A model generated the notes under the pieces. It was not told where the DNA came from, searched no databases, and saw only the letters and a list, made by a program, of their open reading frames with translations. Below, piece after piece: positions 38,201 to 53,200 of a stretch of DNA of 64,000 nucleotides. The position numbers and the translations under genes are program-made. Positions within the stretch are counted from its first letter, which is position 1. Every line of letters starts with the position of its first letter. The stretch comes from Chiloscyllium plagiosum. Taxonomy: Eukaryota. The stretch spans positions 77,915,929-77,979,928 of the forward strand of contig NC_057719.1 in assembly GCF_004010195.1 (NCBI RefSeq). Direction: 5' to 3'.

Positions 38201-41200
38201 TTATACTTGGAGAAAATTGAACCAAAATTATATACAACATGGTGTAGGAGAAAGTGAGGACTGCAGGTACTAGAGAGTCAGCACTGAAAAGTATGGCACT
38301 GGAAAAGCATAGCAGGTTCGACAGCATCTGAGGAGTAAGACATTCGACGTTTTGACATAACTCCTTCATCAGGAATGTAGAAGGGGAAGGAGGCTGTGAG
38401 GTAAATGTGAGGGTGAGACTGGGGGGAAGGTAGCTAGGAAAGCAATAGGTAGATACAGGTGGAGGGTAATAGTGATAGGTCAGTGGTGAGGGTGGAACGG
38501 GTAGGAGGGAAGGAATATAGATAGATAGGATGGGTCAAGAGGGTGGTGCCAGTTTGGATTTGGGATGTGGTGGGAGGAGGGGATATTTGGAAACTGGTGA
38601 AGTCTATGTTGATGCTGTGTGATTGAACGGTCCCAAAGTAGAAGATGATGCGTTCTTCCTCAAGTCATCATGTGGCTTGGATTTGGCAGTGGACAAGGCC
38701 CAGGATATGCAAGTTCTTGGGGGAGTGGGAGGGGGAGTTGAAGTGGTCGGCCACGGGTTGGTGGGGTTGTTTGGTGTATGATTCCCAGAGATGTTCCTTG
38801 AAGTGCTTCACAAAGTTGGCGTCCTGTCTCCCTGATGTAAAGGAGACCTCATCGAGAACAACGGATGAGATGGATAGATGTGCAGCAAAATCTCTGCTGG
38901 GTGAGAAAAGATCCTTTGGGGCCTTGGATGGAAGTGAGGGGAGAGGTGTTACACCACCTGTAGTGGCAAGGGAATGTGTCTGGTGTGGAGGTTGGGTTAG
39001 TAGAGGGTCATGGACTTAATGAGGGAGTCATGGAGGGAATGGTCTCTGCGGAATGCAGATAGGGGTGAGAAGAGAAATATACCTTTGGGGTCTGATTGTG
39101 GGTGGCGGAAACAGTGGAGGATAATGCGCTGTATCTGGAGATCAGTGGGGTGGGGGGGTCTATCCTTGTTGCGGTTGGAGGGGTGGGCTTCAATGGTGGA
39201 GATGCAGGAATGGAGGATCCGCCGGAGGGTGTGGTTGATCCTGTGAGTGGGCAAGTTGCCATCCTTGAAAGAGGCCATCTGGAATGTCTGGGAGTGGAAT
39301 TGCTCCTCCTTGGAGCAGGTATGGCAGAAGCGGAGGAATTGGGAATAAGGGATTGCACTTTTATTGTGGGGTGAGGAGGTGGGAAGAAGTGTAGTCAAGG
39401 TATCTGTGGGAGTCAGTGGGTGTGAAATAGACATCCGTGTTGAGTCAGTTGCCAGAGATAGAGACCTCACTTGTGTAACCAAGTTGACATCCAACTGGAA
39501 AGTATGGATGATTTTACATTGTACCTTTTAAAGAAAGCTTTTATGACTGGACAATCGCACACGGGAGGACATAAGATATTAAATAAGAACAGATTTAGAT
39601 TTGTTTAGTTTGCCTCCAACTAGATTATTAGTCTCACGAGGAAACAAAAAAATCTAGAGTTCTTGACTAATCATAGCAATCAAATCTGTTGGCCTATAAT
39701 ATGAGAGCCCAAAAAATCTTTCAAATACTGAAGCATGGTAGCTGTCTTTTTCCCATTACCAGCTGTGCTAGTTTATCAGAATACTCCAATGGTCAGGCAA
39801 TGCTAATGCACCTGCAAGAGGCGAGTAACCATTTAAGCTGATTAAAAGGTCTCTCGTAATTTGACACGTGTAGACGCATCCAATCAAAAAAATGGTGTGG
39901 CAGCTAGGATCACTTTTGTGTTTTAATATTTTGATAATTGTTCAGAAGGAACTTCTGTCTTGAGAAGCCATCTTGTTCTATTATCTATGTTGGCAGTGCA
40001 CATATCTGACAGTGGGGCTGTTCATCTGTTCAGTGCTAAGGCCGGACGTTGGCCCAACAAGCTTGACAGAGTCATACAGCGTGGAAGCATATTCTTTGGT
40101 CCAACTGGTCAGCACCAACTAGACATCCCTATCTGATCTAGTCGCATTTACCAGCATTTGGCCCAGATCACATCTAAAGCCTTCCTATTCATATTCACAT
40201 CCATGTGCTTTTTAAGTGTTGTAATTATACCACCCTCCATCATTTCCTCTAACAGCTCATTCCATACACATCACCTTGTGGGTGAAAAACGTTAACTCTC
40301 AGCTCCCTTTTACACCTTTCCCCTCTCACCTTAAATCTATTAATCGATAGTTTACACTCCAGGGACTCTTACCATCTGCTCCCCTGACTCTCATTCCCCT
40401 TCTATCTACAATATGAAAAACATTTTTTCAAGCCCCTCTCGGTTCTGAATTGTTTCTCTCTCCACACAACTTTCCTGATCTCACTTTTTCCAGCACACAC
40501 TGGATGGGCTGCATTCCCCATGCTGCTTTTCGAGTCCTATGTTTGTACGGTGTGGGCCGGTAACTTGGCGTCTTACAGGGGCTTGGCCCACAGGTCTTAA
40601 TGGGAGTTGTACTTCTGGCAAGGGCATACGCACTCTGCGGTGCATGGCTGCCAACGATTGGGAGTCCGAATGTAAGTGCGTGGGAGATCCTGAGTGGCTG
40701 TTATGTATGCAGCTGGAATTGGGGGAGTTCCCCTGTAAGTATTGAGCCTGGGGTGAGGGTGGAGCTGAGGCCAGTATACCCCTCAATTCACATCCTCTCT
40801 TTGCCACACCCTCAATTCACACCCTCCCTCAGCCAACGCCCTCAATTTACATCCCCTCTCTGACAACACCCTCAATCGACACCCCGCCCCTTCACTGATG
40901 CCCCAATCGGCATCCCTCCCTCTACTGAACCCTCAATCGACATTCCCCCTCTGCAGACACCCTGAATTGACGCTCATCTGCAATCTTTAATGACACTAAG
41001 TATGCCACCTTTCATTAATTTAACATCATCTTTTTGTAATTGCTTCACATGACAGCCAGTAAAGCAGTACATGGTTAAGATCTAGAAGTGCTCCTGCCGC
41101 CTTCTCAATACAAACATTGTGTTTGATGTAATGAAAACCCCAGTGATAGAAAACATGTGTCCAAAGTCACTAGTTCATCCTAAGAATTGTACACTTAGAA

Positions 41201-44200
41201 TATGTCAAATACTAAATCCCAAAATGCTTCCAGAAATAGTGGAATTGTGCAATGCTCTTTCCATCTGCATTTACATGCACTGTATTTTCATTCAACACCA
41301 AACATTGCAGTTACCAACTGTGCTTTGAGGGGTTAATAATGTCCTTAATATTTTATACTGTGTACTCCAAGTTTTTGAGAAATTCATTTTTCTTGCTACT
41401 ATTTGTTTGACAGTGATAAATCATGTTAAATATGAGCCATTCTACTCATCCTCAGACCGGTATAACCTAGTGTACAAATGTGCATTTTTTCCTCTTGTCA
41501 GACCTAGTGCTTGTTACTGAGAAACAACAACCACCTGATGGAGCATCGCTCGGAAAGCTAGTGCTTCCAATTGAACCTGTTGGACTATAAGCTAGTGTTG
41601 TGAGATTTTTAACCTTGTACACCCCTGTCCAACACTGGCATCTCCATATCATGGATAGTTTTGTTTGACTTTATCTTCATTCATAAATGCAGTGGATCTC
41701 AGAGAAGCAACAACATTAACATATATATTGCTATTTACAGTCCCATTTTCCCAGATAGAATAATTGCTGTGAATTTATAAATTACTTCATTCTTTAAAGG
41801 CAGCCTGAAGGTTAAGTTTCACTTTTTGATTTCAGCTTCTTAGGAAACGACACATTGGGAATGATATAGTGACTATCGTACTACAAGAACCTGGAGCCCT
41901 GCCATTCACTCCAAAGAACATTCGTTCCCATTTTCAACATGTGTTTGTCATAGTGAGGGTGCACAACCCATGTACTGAAAATGTCTGTTACAGGTGAGTA
42001 AACTGCAAATGTTATTAATGTATATGTTTTTGTGCTAGGAAAGGAATATAGGCCTTGTTTTCTTAAAAGAATAACAGGTACTGCTGTGTCTAGTGGCTTG
42101 TTGAATGCTTCTGCATGGTCTGTTACAGCCATGGATTCAAAAGTTTGACATTCCTTAATGCCTTAGTTTCACCCTAATGTCCAATCCTATTGATAGGAGG
42201 GGGTGGAGTTTAATGTATAAACCCAGTGGTTGTAGGAATAGTAAGATTATGGATATGGAGAGAGATTGGTACAGTTAGGAGTAAAGTTTTTAAAATCTCC
42301 ACCAACCTGTTGGTTGATTCACTTCATCTGGGCAGGTTCCCTGAGACCTAAGAAATTTAACTGACCAGGGTTAAGCTTGCAAAGATAACCTCAGGTCATC
42401 TGTTTTTAGGCAGGTGAAGATTTAGCCTGTAATTTCTTTCCAGGATATTACTTCAGGATGAGTAATTCACTTTCCAGTCCATACCATTGCCAGTTTGAGG
42501 TTTTGGTTATTGCTCAGATTCTGGCACTGATTGAAATTACAACTGAGACTGGAAGCCTCTCAGAGGTGAGGAGGATCCACATTTTGTGGTTCTTTGCATT
42601 CTGTCTTGATGGAAAATTGCTAATATGGATTAAAATATGGGAATTTTTAAATATCCAATATGATCTCTGATCCTTATGTACAATACAACAATATGATGAC
42701 TAATATTTTCCACTATCAATTAATGCAGTTTACAGTCAATATTAGAGACTGCTATATCCCAAGTTTGGGAAATTGCATACTCAAACAACTTTATTCTGAA
42801 ATTAGGATAAATGGAAAGAGTGTTAGCATTTACAGCAAGAAAAAAGTTGAGTGTGCAAAGCTCAATTTACACTTTTTTGGATTTGCATAATGTCATGGTT
42901 TTATTTTTGCAGTGTCGCTGTGGCGCGGTCAAAAGATGTGCCTGCATTTGGCCCACCAATTCCAAAAGATGTCACTTTCCCCAAGTCATCTGTCTTCCGG
43001 GACTTTTTGCTTGCCAAGGTGATCAATGCAGAGAACGCTGCTCATAAGTCAGAAAAATTCCGGGCCATGGCAACAAGGACACGACAGGAGTACTTAAAAG
43101 ATCTAGCAGAGAATAGTGTCACTAACACACCAATTGATCCTTCTGGAAAGTTTCCTTTTATTTCATTAGCAACAAAAAAGAAAGAGAAATCAAGACCTTA
43201 TGCCAATGCTGAGATGTATAGTCTGGGAACAATTGTGTGGAGTGTGCGTGCAGAAGACTATAGCTGTGCTGCTGAAATTGACTGTTTGTTGGGTATCTCC
43301 AATGAGTTTGTGGTCCTTATTGAAGAGAGTTCTAAGCAGGTAGTATTCAATTGCTCCTGCAGAGATGTTATAGGATGGACTTCAAATCTAACAACTGTTA
43401 AAATCTTCTATGAACGGGGCGAATGCATTTTTGTCAGGACATTTAATAACGTTGAAGAAGTTAAGGAAATAGTCAAAAGACTTGAGGTAAGTCATCATCT
43501 TGCTATTATAGATCTCACCTGTTTAAAACATGTTTGTTAATATATCTTCGAGTATAGTTTTTAGATTAGGGAATTGACTGAGTAGTGTTGCTTTAACTTT
43601 CATTTTTCAATGTGGCTCATTTAACTGTGCATACTCTTTTTTTTTAAAATAAATAAACTACTGTTTCATTTGTTGGCTGACATGCTCATTCCCAAACGCA
43701 CACTCCATGCTTCCTGCTCTTCTCACCCCCACGCAAAGCTCCTCACTTACCTCTCCTGCTGAAGTTTTTTGCTCCTCACTTACCTCTTCTGCTGAAGTCT
43801 CTTGGGCTTATGCCCGAAACGTCGATTCTCCTGTTCCTTGGATGCTGCCTGACCTGCTGCGCTCTTCCAGCAACACTCTTTCAGCTAAAACAATGAACTG
43901 GGCTGTTTAGGAGTAAGCAATGAGGTTTGGAGGGGGATCCATGAGCAGGGAGGGAAGTTAGTTAGCATTTTGTAAATTGTAAGAGATCCTTCTGTAAGTT
44001 GGTTCATGGGCATTGGACATAAGCTTCATTAGTTCTTTAATTTTGCCGGTGCTGAAGATCTTTCCCTTTTGATGTTTTTGTCTTTCTTGATGCATTTTTG
44101 CATTTGGATATTGGAAGTGCTGCTGCTAAGGGAAGGTCCATTTTTGCATGATAAGTAATTAATGTAAATACTGGTGGTCTCATTTTAGCTGTAACCTGCT

Positions 44201-47200
44201 TGAATAGTTAAAACTCATCCTAGCAGTGTACTTTTAACCTAAATTTTAGGTTGGTTTGTATTGAAATCTGCTAGGTAAAGACTGTTTAATGCCATTTAAC
44301 TAGATTTTTACAACCAGTGAAGAGTTGGCAACTTTGCCCAGGCTAATTAAGTTCAACAAACCTGTTGATTGTTTTCATAAATCCATTCTTGTTGCAAAAT
44401 AGTCAAATTCCTATCTCTGAGCTGGGAGGCCAGGGTTTGAGTCCCACTTGTTCCAGCAGTGTATAACAACATTTATGAGCAGATTGATTATAGAAAATAT
44501 CTTCATTTTGTTTACTACTTTTGGTGGTCTTAATCTGTAGAGAGCTTGAGCTTCTGTATCCAATAGAACATCGAAGTATTTTTCTCATAGGTCTTTGTCT
44601 GCTATTCTTAGTTTCACCTTGAACTATTGAGGAATTCACTTTTTCATTGAAAATATTTGGTTTAGTTAGGTTTGGATTTTTGAAAACTTCAGTTGATGGG
44701 CTTTGAAATCATCCCCCCACCCATGAAAATAAAATTCCGTTGCCGATTATAATGCTCACTCAATTGGGGGGTGTTGTGACAGACATCAGTCAGGCCAGAC
44801 AGTATTGATTAATGAATGATAAAGTATTAAACGTTATGATGTCATTACTGCTGCCGTATAGATTGATGGGCTGGTTTAATAGTCATAGATTCTTACAGCA
44901 CGGAAACAGGCTTTTCGGTCCATCTGTCTATGTCAAACATAATCCCAAACGAAACTAGTCCCTCCTGCCTGCTCCTGACCCATATCCCATACATTCCTAT
45001 TCATGAACTTATCCAACTGTCTTCTCAATGTAACTGTACCCACATCCACCACTTCCTCAGGAAGTTCATTCTATGTGTGAACCACCCCATACGAAAAATT
45101 TGCCCCTCATGTCTTTTTAAAATCTCTCTCCTCTCACCTTAAAAATGTGTCCCCTAGTCTTAAAATTCCCCATTGTAGGGAAAAAAACAACTACCATTAA
45201 CTCGATTGACACCTCTCATTATTTTATAAATTTCTATAACGTCGCCTCTCAACCTCCTATGCTCCAGTGAAAAAAGTCCCAGCCTATCCAACCTTCCTTT
45301 ATAACTCAAACCTTCCATACCCAGGAACATTCTGGTAAATCTCTTCTGAACCATCTCCAGATTAATAATATCCTTCCTATAACTGGGTGACCAGAACTGA
45401 ACACAGTGTTCCAGAAGAGCCGCGCCAATGTCTGGTATAACCTCCATGACTTTCCAACTTCTGTATGCAAAGGACTGAGCAATGAAGGCAAGCATATCAG
45501 ATTTCTTTTTAAACCAGCTTGTTTATATGTGACGAAAACTTAAAAGAATTACGTATCTACACTCCAAGTCCCTCTGTTTAACAACACTACCCAATGCACT
45601 ATCATAAATTGTATTAGACTTATCCTGGTTTGTTAGGAGAAAGTGAGGACTGCACATGCTGGAGATCAGAGTCGAGGATGTAGTGCTGGGAAAGTACAGC
45701 AGTTCAGGCAGCATTGAAAGAGCAGGAGAATCAACCTTTCGGGCATAAGCCCTTCATCATTCCTGATGAAGGGCTTATGCCCAAAACGTCAATTCTCCTG
45801 TTCCTCGGATGTTGCCTGACTTGCTGTGCTTTTCCAGCACTACACTCTTGACACTATTCTTGTTCATTGTACCAAAATGCAATACCTCGCACTTATCAGA
45901 TTGATCTCCACCTTCCATTTCTCAGCCTATTGACCTATTTCATCAAGATCCCTTCAGGTACCTTGTAACAAAACATTTCAAAAAGACAAGCCTGAAAACA
46001 TTGAGACAAGTTTTATTGTGAGATGCTTAGAATGTACCTTTTTTGATTAAATACAGGACATAATAAATCAGAAATCTTAAGGACAATAAATAGGCAAGTT
46101 TTAATTCTTCATTTTTAACCAAGGGAGGGGGAAAATGAACAAGCAAACATCTTTGAAACCTCAATGCCTGCCATAATTCCCATTTGTATTAGCAGTACAG
46201 CGAGTAAGACAATATGAACAACTTGCAAATTGTACATTTACAATAATCTGAGGTTTCACGTATTCCTGAGAGAGTTATAACAGACTTCATTTATAAATAG
46301 TTGCTATGTAACTCCTCTTTTGATCATCTATGTTAACTGTACATGAAAGTTCTAAGATTTTTAGTATTAATCCGAGACTGATTTCCATGGTTAAGCTGAG
46401 AAATGCAGTAAAACCTACTTGCTTAATTTAATGTAATTATTCTTCAGTACAAACTTATTGTAGAACTATACTGCCCCTGGTTATGAGAATAATCTCAGCT
46501 CAAAGTTATTGAGAAGCTGAATATTTCAACAATGTATATGCAATTTATGTTTAAAAAGAAGTATCTTAGTTTGAAGTAAGGCTAGTAGCTCTGTACTGCA
46601 AGGATGTGTCTGTGTTTTAACTATTACAGCACACAAGACAATTCGTTATAGAGTCATAGAGCATAGAAACTGATTCGTCAGTCTAACAGTCCATGCCAAC
46701 CATGTTCCCAAACTAAACTAGTCCCACCTGCCTGACCCATATCCATCCAAATCTTTCCAATTCATGTACTTATCCAAATGTCTTTTAAATGTTATAACTG
46801 TGCCTGTGTCTACCACTTCCTCTGGCAGCTCATTCCACACAGGAACTCCTTGCAAAAATATTGCCCCTCATGTCCTCTTACTTTGAAATCTTTACAACAC
46901 CTGCGAAGCTGCATGTTTTCTCTATGCGGAGGAGAAAGTGAGGACTGCAGATGCTAGAGATCAGAGCTGAAAATGTGTTGCTGAAAAAGCGCAGCCTGAA
47001 GAAGGGCTCATGCCCGAAACGTCGACTCTCCTGCTCCTTGGATGCTGCCTGACCTGCTGCGTATCTCCTCTATTCACAAAGTTGTCTTCAAGAAACTTCC
47101 CTTCTTTCATTTTCAAGAAACTTCCCTTCTTTCAAAGTCCAAAGTCCAATTCTGTCAGAACTTGAAAACTGTCTTCAGAAGCCTTCCCAGAAATAATGTA

Positions 47201-50200
47201 ATAAAATATCCATTGTTAAATAGGTGAATCTTCTCTTACTCACAGCTTGCAACAGATAAATCTCTTTCGCAAACCCTTCTGATTTTATTAGCAATGTTTC
47301 TATCATCGTTTTTCTTCATTCGTACAAAATTTAGTTTTTGTTTAAATTGTCTTGTTCTATACTGATTGCTGAAATCTGGATCATTCTCAACATATTGTCT
47401 TAACCCTTTCTGTCCATGGGTACATGGGTACATGTTGTCTCTGGGTACATGTTGACTCTGGGTACATGTTGTCTTTTTAATTTACCTTTGTAACCCACAC
47501 CTTGGCATCATTTAAGTGCTTCCATTTTAATTTTCATCATCTTCATTTTTAACCTTCATGATAACCTGCACTCAGTGTCTCAATGTAATGGTTGGGAAGT
47601 TGGGTTGTGATGAGCTCTTATTGAAATAAAGTGACCTTCTAATATTTCAAACTGGTGTCTATTTTGCAGTGCATGCTTCTGAAAGGAAGTGTCGTAGTGA
47701 AAAAGAAATTTGTGCCTACACCTGTGCATCTGATAACTACCTATAGCATGTATACTGGATGATCGCAACTTCACTGTTGCCATTTTTGAATGGTACACTC
47801 TAGTTGTAAATTTGCAAAGCAAACTATCTCCTAAAAAGACTTAAAGAGGATCTCACTGCCACTTCTAAAAGGGATTATGCTACTTGCTATTTAGCTGCCA
47901 GACGATCTTTCTATTCATCGATTCGAGCATTGAGTACTGTAGTTGGGACATCATGTTACGGCTGCACAAAATGGTGGTAAAGCTACAGTTGGAGTACTGT
48001 ATACAATTCTGGTCGCCCTGCTATAGGAAGGATGTGATTAAACCAGAAAGAGCTAGGACAAATTAGACTAATTTTTAGAGTTTTGCTGTTATTGCTTAAA
48101 GAGCATTCCTGATGAAGTGTTTTTGCCCGAAACATTGATTTTCCTGCTCCTCGGATGCTGCCTGAACTGCTTTTCCAGCACCACTCTACTCCAGAATCTG
48201 GTTTCCGCATCTGCAGTCGTTGTTTTTACCTTTGCTATTGCTTAAAGTTTGGTGTCAACAGGGAATGGTCTGGCTGGTTCTTAAATACTTGTTTCTAAAT
48301 TGAAAGCAAATGCTGAAATCAATTGAATTTAGAGATTGGTGCCATTTTTTCTCTTAAGCCTTTTTTCTTAACTGAATAATGACAAGAAGAATGAACAAAG
48401 GCCATGGGAAGTGGGAGAAGATATAACAAGAGGGAAGAATAGCAGAAGTGCACTCTGCAGGAGAATATATCTGTCAAGGGTCTTTAGGCAATTCTCCTAA
48501 CTTCACAGATTATCATTGATTGCCACTACTGTGCCACATTGCAAACTCAAAACAGGACTAAGACCAGACAGTGCTTTCTGTGGCTGTTGAGGTGACTGAC
48601 TCATTCCAGACATGACTGGATGTCTAAGAAACAACACAGATGACAGTGGATTGCTTCCTAAGTGAGGTCCTTAAAGAGCTCAGAATAGAAAAAGAGAGAC
48701 TCATCTCCTTCCTGCTTACCAAAGGTAAGCAGAATGAATGAGGATGTTTGAGAATATAGGAAGTATGGTTAGTGAGTTTGTAGGTGAGACCAAAATTGGT
48801 GGTATAGTGGACAGTGAAGGAGGTTATCTAAAAGTACAACAGGATCTTGATCAACTGGGCCAGTGGGCTGAGGAATGGCAGATGGAGTTTAATTCAGCTG
48901 AATGCGAGGTGAGTTTTGAGAAGATTTGTAGCTCAGGTTGAGGTTCTGCATGTAGGTTTGCTCGTTGAGCTGGAAGGTTCATTTCCAGACATTTCATCAC
49001 CCTACTAGGTAACATTTTCAGTGGGCCTCCGGGCAAAGCACTGCTGATTCCTGCTTTCTATTTGTATGTCTGGGTTTCTTTGGGTTGGTGATGTCATTTC
49101 TTGTGATGTCATGTCCTGTTCTTTTTCTCAGGGGGTGGTAAATGGGGTCTAAATCAACTAGAGTTCTGGTTGGAATGCCATGTTTCTAGGAATTCTTGTG
49201 TGTGTTTGGCTTGTCCTAGGATGGCTGTGGTGTCCTTCCTCATCTGTATGTAAGGATACTAGTGAGAGAGGGTCATGTCGTTTTGTGGCTAGTTGATGTT
49301 CATGTATCCTGGTGGCTAGTTTTCTGCTTGTTTGTCCAATGTAGTGTTTGTTACAGTCCTTGCAAGGTAGTTTGGAAATAACATTAGTTTTGCTTGGTGT
49401 CTGGATATGTTCTTTCAAGTTCATTAGCTGCTGTTTTAGAGTGTTGGTGGGTTTGTGGGCTACCATGATGCCAAGGGGTCTGAGTCGTCTGGCAGTCATT
49501 TCTGAGAGGTCTTTGATGTAGGGGAGAGTGGCTAGGGTTTCTGTACGCATTTTGTTTGCTTGTTTGGGTTTGTTGCTGAGAAATCAGTGGACTGTGTTCA
49601 TTGGGTACCCATTCTTTTTGAATACACGGTATAGGTGATTTTCCTCCGCTCTGCGTAATTCCTCTGTGCTGCAGTGTGTGGTGGCTCATTGGAATAATGT
49701 TTTGATGCAGCTTCGTTTGTGGGTGTTGGGGTGATTGTGTCTTCTGTAGTTCAATATTTGGTCCGTATGTGTTGTTTTCCTGTTGACGCTGTTTGAAATT
49801 CCCCATTGGCTGTTTGCTCTACTGTGACATCTAGGAATGGCAGTTTGTTGTTGTTTTCCTCCTATTTAGTGAACAGGGTAGTAAAGAGAACATTTGGCAT
49901 GCTTCCTTCACCAGTTAAAACATTAAGTACAGGAGTTGAGACATCTTACGGCCGTACTAAACTTTGGTAAGTGACAGTTGGAGTACTGTGTACAATTCTG
50001 GTTGCCCTGCTACAGGAAGGATGTTATTAAACCGGAAGGAACGCAAAAAAAGATTTCCTAAGATGTTACCAAGACTGGAAGGTTTGACTTGTAAGGAATG
50101 GCTGGACAGGCTGGCCACTTTTTACCCCTGACACATAGGAGGCTGAGGGGTAACCTTATAGAAGTTTATAAAATCATGAGGGGCATGGATAAAATGAATA

Positions 50201-53200
50201 GCAAAGTCTTTTCCCAAGAGTGAGTGAGTCCAAAACCAGAGGGTATAAATTTAAAGTGAGAGAGGAGTGAGGAGAAACTTTTTCACGCAGAGGCTGCCGT
50301 GTATTTGGAATTAGCTGCCAGAGGAAGTGGTAGATATGGGTACAATTACAGCATCCAAAAGACATTTGGACAGGTACATGAAGAGGAAGGATTTAGAGAG
50401 ATATGGCCGAATGCAGGCAAATAGTTCAATTTAGGAAACCTGTTCGGCATGGAAGAGTTGGGCTGAAGGGCCTGTTTCCATACTGTAGTACTGTACTCTA
50501 TGCTGCCATTGGCTGTATACATATTTTTATAGCAAGTTTTGAGAAGATTTGTAGCTCAGTTTGACGTTTTGGATGTAAGTTTGCTCGCTGAGCTGGAGGT
50601 TCGCTTTCAGACATTTTGTCATCATATTAGGTAACATTGAGCTTCCGGTGAAGTACTTGTGTTAGTGACCCGTTTTCTACCTACTTGTTTAGAATTCCAC
50701 GGGTTGGTGCTGTCATTTCCTGTCGTGATGCCATTTCTTGCAGTGATATCATTTTCTGTGCTTTTTCTCAGAGGGCGGTAAATGGGGTCTACGTCAATGT
50801 GTTTGTTGATAGAGTTCTGGTTGGCCCACCAGAGGCTCACTGGTGACGAAACGGCTGAAAATGAACTTACAACCTCAGCGAGCAAACTCATATCCACATA
50901 TTTTTCTACGTGGCTTATGTTAACCCTGCCTTTATCATGAACTTCATTTTATCAATGTGAATTACTATGCAACCACAGGCAATGAATCGTAAAACCTATT
51001 TTGTATGGGCTCAGTGGTATAACCAAGAACATAATAGACCACAGCATTATTGTCCTCAAGAAATTCTTCCATTGTGTGGATTGCTCTGAAGAAGCACTGT
51101 AGTTCTCACTTGAGTTTCAAAATTTTTGTGTTAATGTGTCATTCAACCTTATTATTGAGAAGGAATGGCACTTTGTGCCATTGATTAGATGTGGTGCTAA
51201 GGAGCTGGAGCATAAGGAACAGACTGTCCAGCAGTACATAGAAAGAGAGGGAAGGAAGCCATTGTGATGTCCTTTTCTGTCTGGGCTTCACATGATAGAA
51301 TATTTAACAATTGATATCAGTAATCTCAAAGACATCCCTCCAGTCATTAACAGTATCATGTTCCTTAATTTTCCTCAGTGACCCTCACAATGTTCTCTGC
51401 CAATACAAAATAAAAATATTGCAAAATATAGTTCAAGCAATATATGTAAATTTGGTAGTAATGACCAAATACAATAAAATCCCTTGTATATTCTGTTAGT
51501 GCCTATCATCCATGTAATAAGACTATTAGCCGTAGGTGCAGAAGTAGGCCATTCAACCCACGGAGTCTGATCTGCCATTCAATGATCACATGGTTAATCA
51601 GATCATCCTCGGCTCTACGTTCTTGCATTTTCTCTGTAACTCTTGATTTCTTTACTGATTAAAAATTTGTCTTCAACACCTCAAAAAATACTTAATGACC
51701 CAGCCTCGACAGCCCTTAGTGGTAAAGATTCCACAGATTCAGTATCCTCTCAGAGCAGAAATTCCTCCTCGCCTTTATCTTTATTCTGAGATTATACCCT
51801 CTGCTCTTAGACTCTTCCACAAGGGAAAACAATCCTTATGCATCTACCATGTCAAGTTCCCTAAGAATGTTGTTCCTTCTGTGTGCCTTTGCCTGAGTTG
51901 TTAATCCTATGCAGTGGTTTCAGCATGGTTGATGTGAAACTGCTAACTTTCAGTGGAGGAGATTGCAGAAAGCTTTGAATGATTATCTTGAGCAGTTTTT
52001 GGGTCCTAAAGGTTAGACTTCAATACCGTAGCATGTTTGCTGCAGCCTGAGCTGGTTGGCCAACAGACAGACAACAGCATGTGAGCTTGTAGAGGTGGTG
52101 GCGACATGGATAAATAGATGATATGATTTATTATCACATGTATCTTGAAGATACAGTGAAAAATGTTTTGAGTTACAATGAGGATAAAAGAAATTACTTA
52201 AGTAAGATGTCATCTTCTGTTCAAATTGGGGTCATAAGCACAACTTCAGGACTTCAGCAAGGTGCTCTGGCTCTCCAAGAATTCTACTCCAGGAACTGCA
52301 ATGAGGACATTGATGCCCCAGGAGACCCCACCGCCATCACCACCAAGAGTCCAGGCTCTGGGTCTATTGCTGACAGGAATCTCCATTTCTGGCACCGGAA
52401 CAACCAACAAAGCAATCTCTGGGCCTACCACCACCATGAGTCCAGGCTGCAGGCATCAAGACTGCCGCCAGGAGTCTACTTTTAACAAAATCATCTAGAA
52501 TGATGATGCCAGTAGTCTGAGCCATCCCTTACATCACTTACATATTGAGTGAAGCCACTTATTCTGCAACGAAATTTATAACATTCGTAGATTCCACATG
52601 TGTACAGATGGAGGTAACTGCTGGGAGTGGTATGCTGCAAACATCATGCACAAAGTTCCATCACCAGCTGGTGCTGGACTCTTCCATACCTCTCAGCTTT
52701 CTCTTTGACTTTCCAGTACACCAAACACTTTGTAACATATGCCCATTAGCCGCTTGCTGTAATAACGAATAGAAATTGCTGGAAATAAATAACAAGTCTG
52801 GTAGCATCTGTACAGAGAGAAACAAAGTCAACATTTCAAGTCAAATATGACTCGTTTACAGAACATCCTTCTGTTGGTAGGCATATCAAATTTCTCATCT
52901 AGTTCTTTGTTCTTTCTCATCTAGCAGAATTAGTGTGGGACCTTGGTGAGTAGCAACTTGAAACATCCTCCTTCTCCAAATCCCCTGAGAAACTACTTTC
53001 CACCACCACCACCCTGTCTCCTACCTTCAAGCCAATTTTGTAACTAAGTGGCTAGCTCTTCCTGGATTCTGTGATCTAATATTGCTAACCAACGTACCAT
53101 ACAGAACATTGTTGAACACCTTGTTGAAGTCCATGTAGACAATATCCACCACTCTGCCTTCGTCAATCATCTTTGTCACTTCTTCAAAAATCTCAATCAA

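Noticed and set aside
45635..45852. Active hammerheads in this palindrome, and in the copies at 8230, 37470, 41535, 48990 and 63700
   Set aside because: Core or helix III positions are mutated (e.g. GAAA to AAAA, CUGAUGA to CUGAUGG or CUGAAAA).
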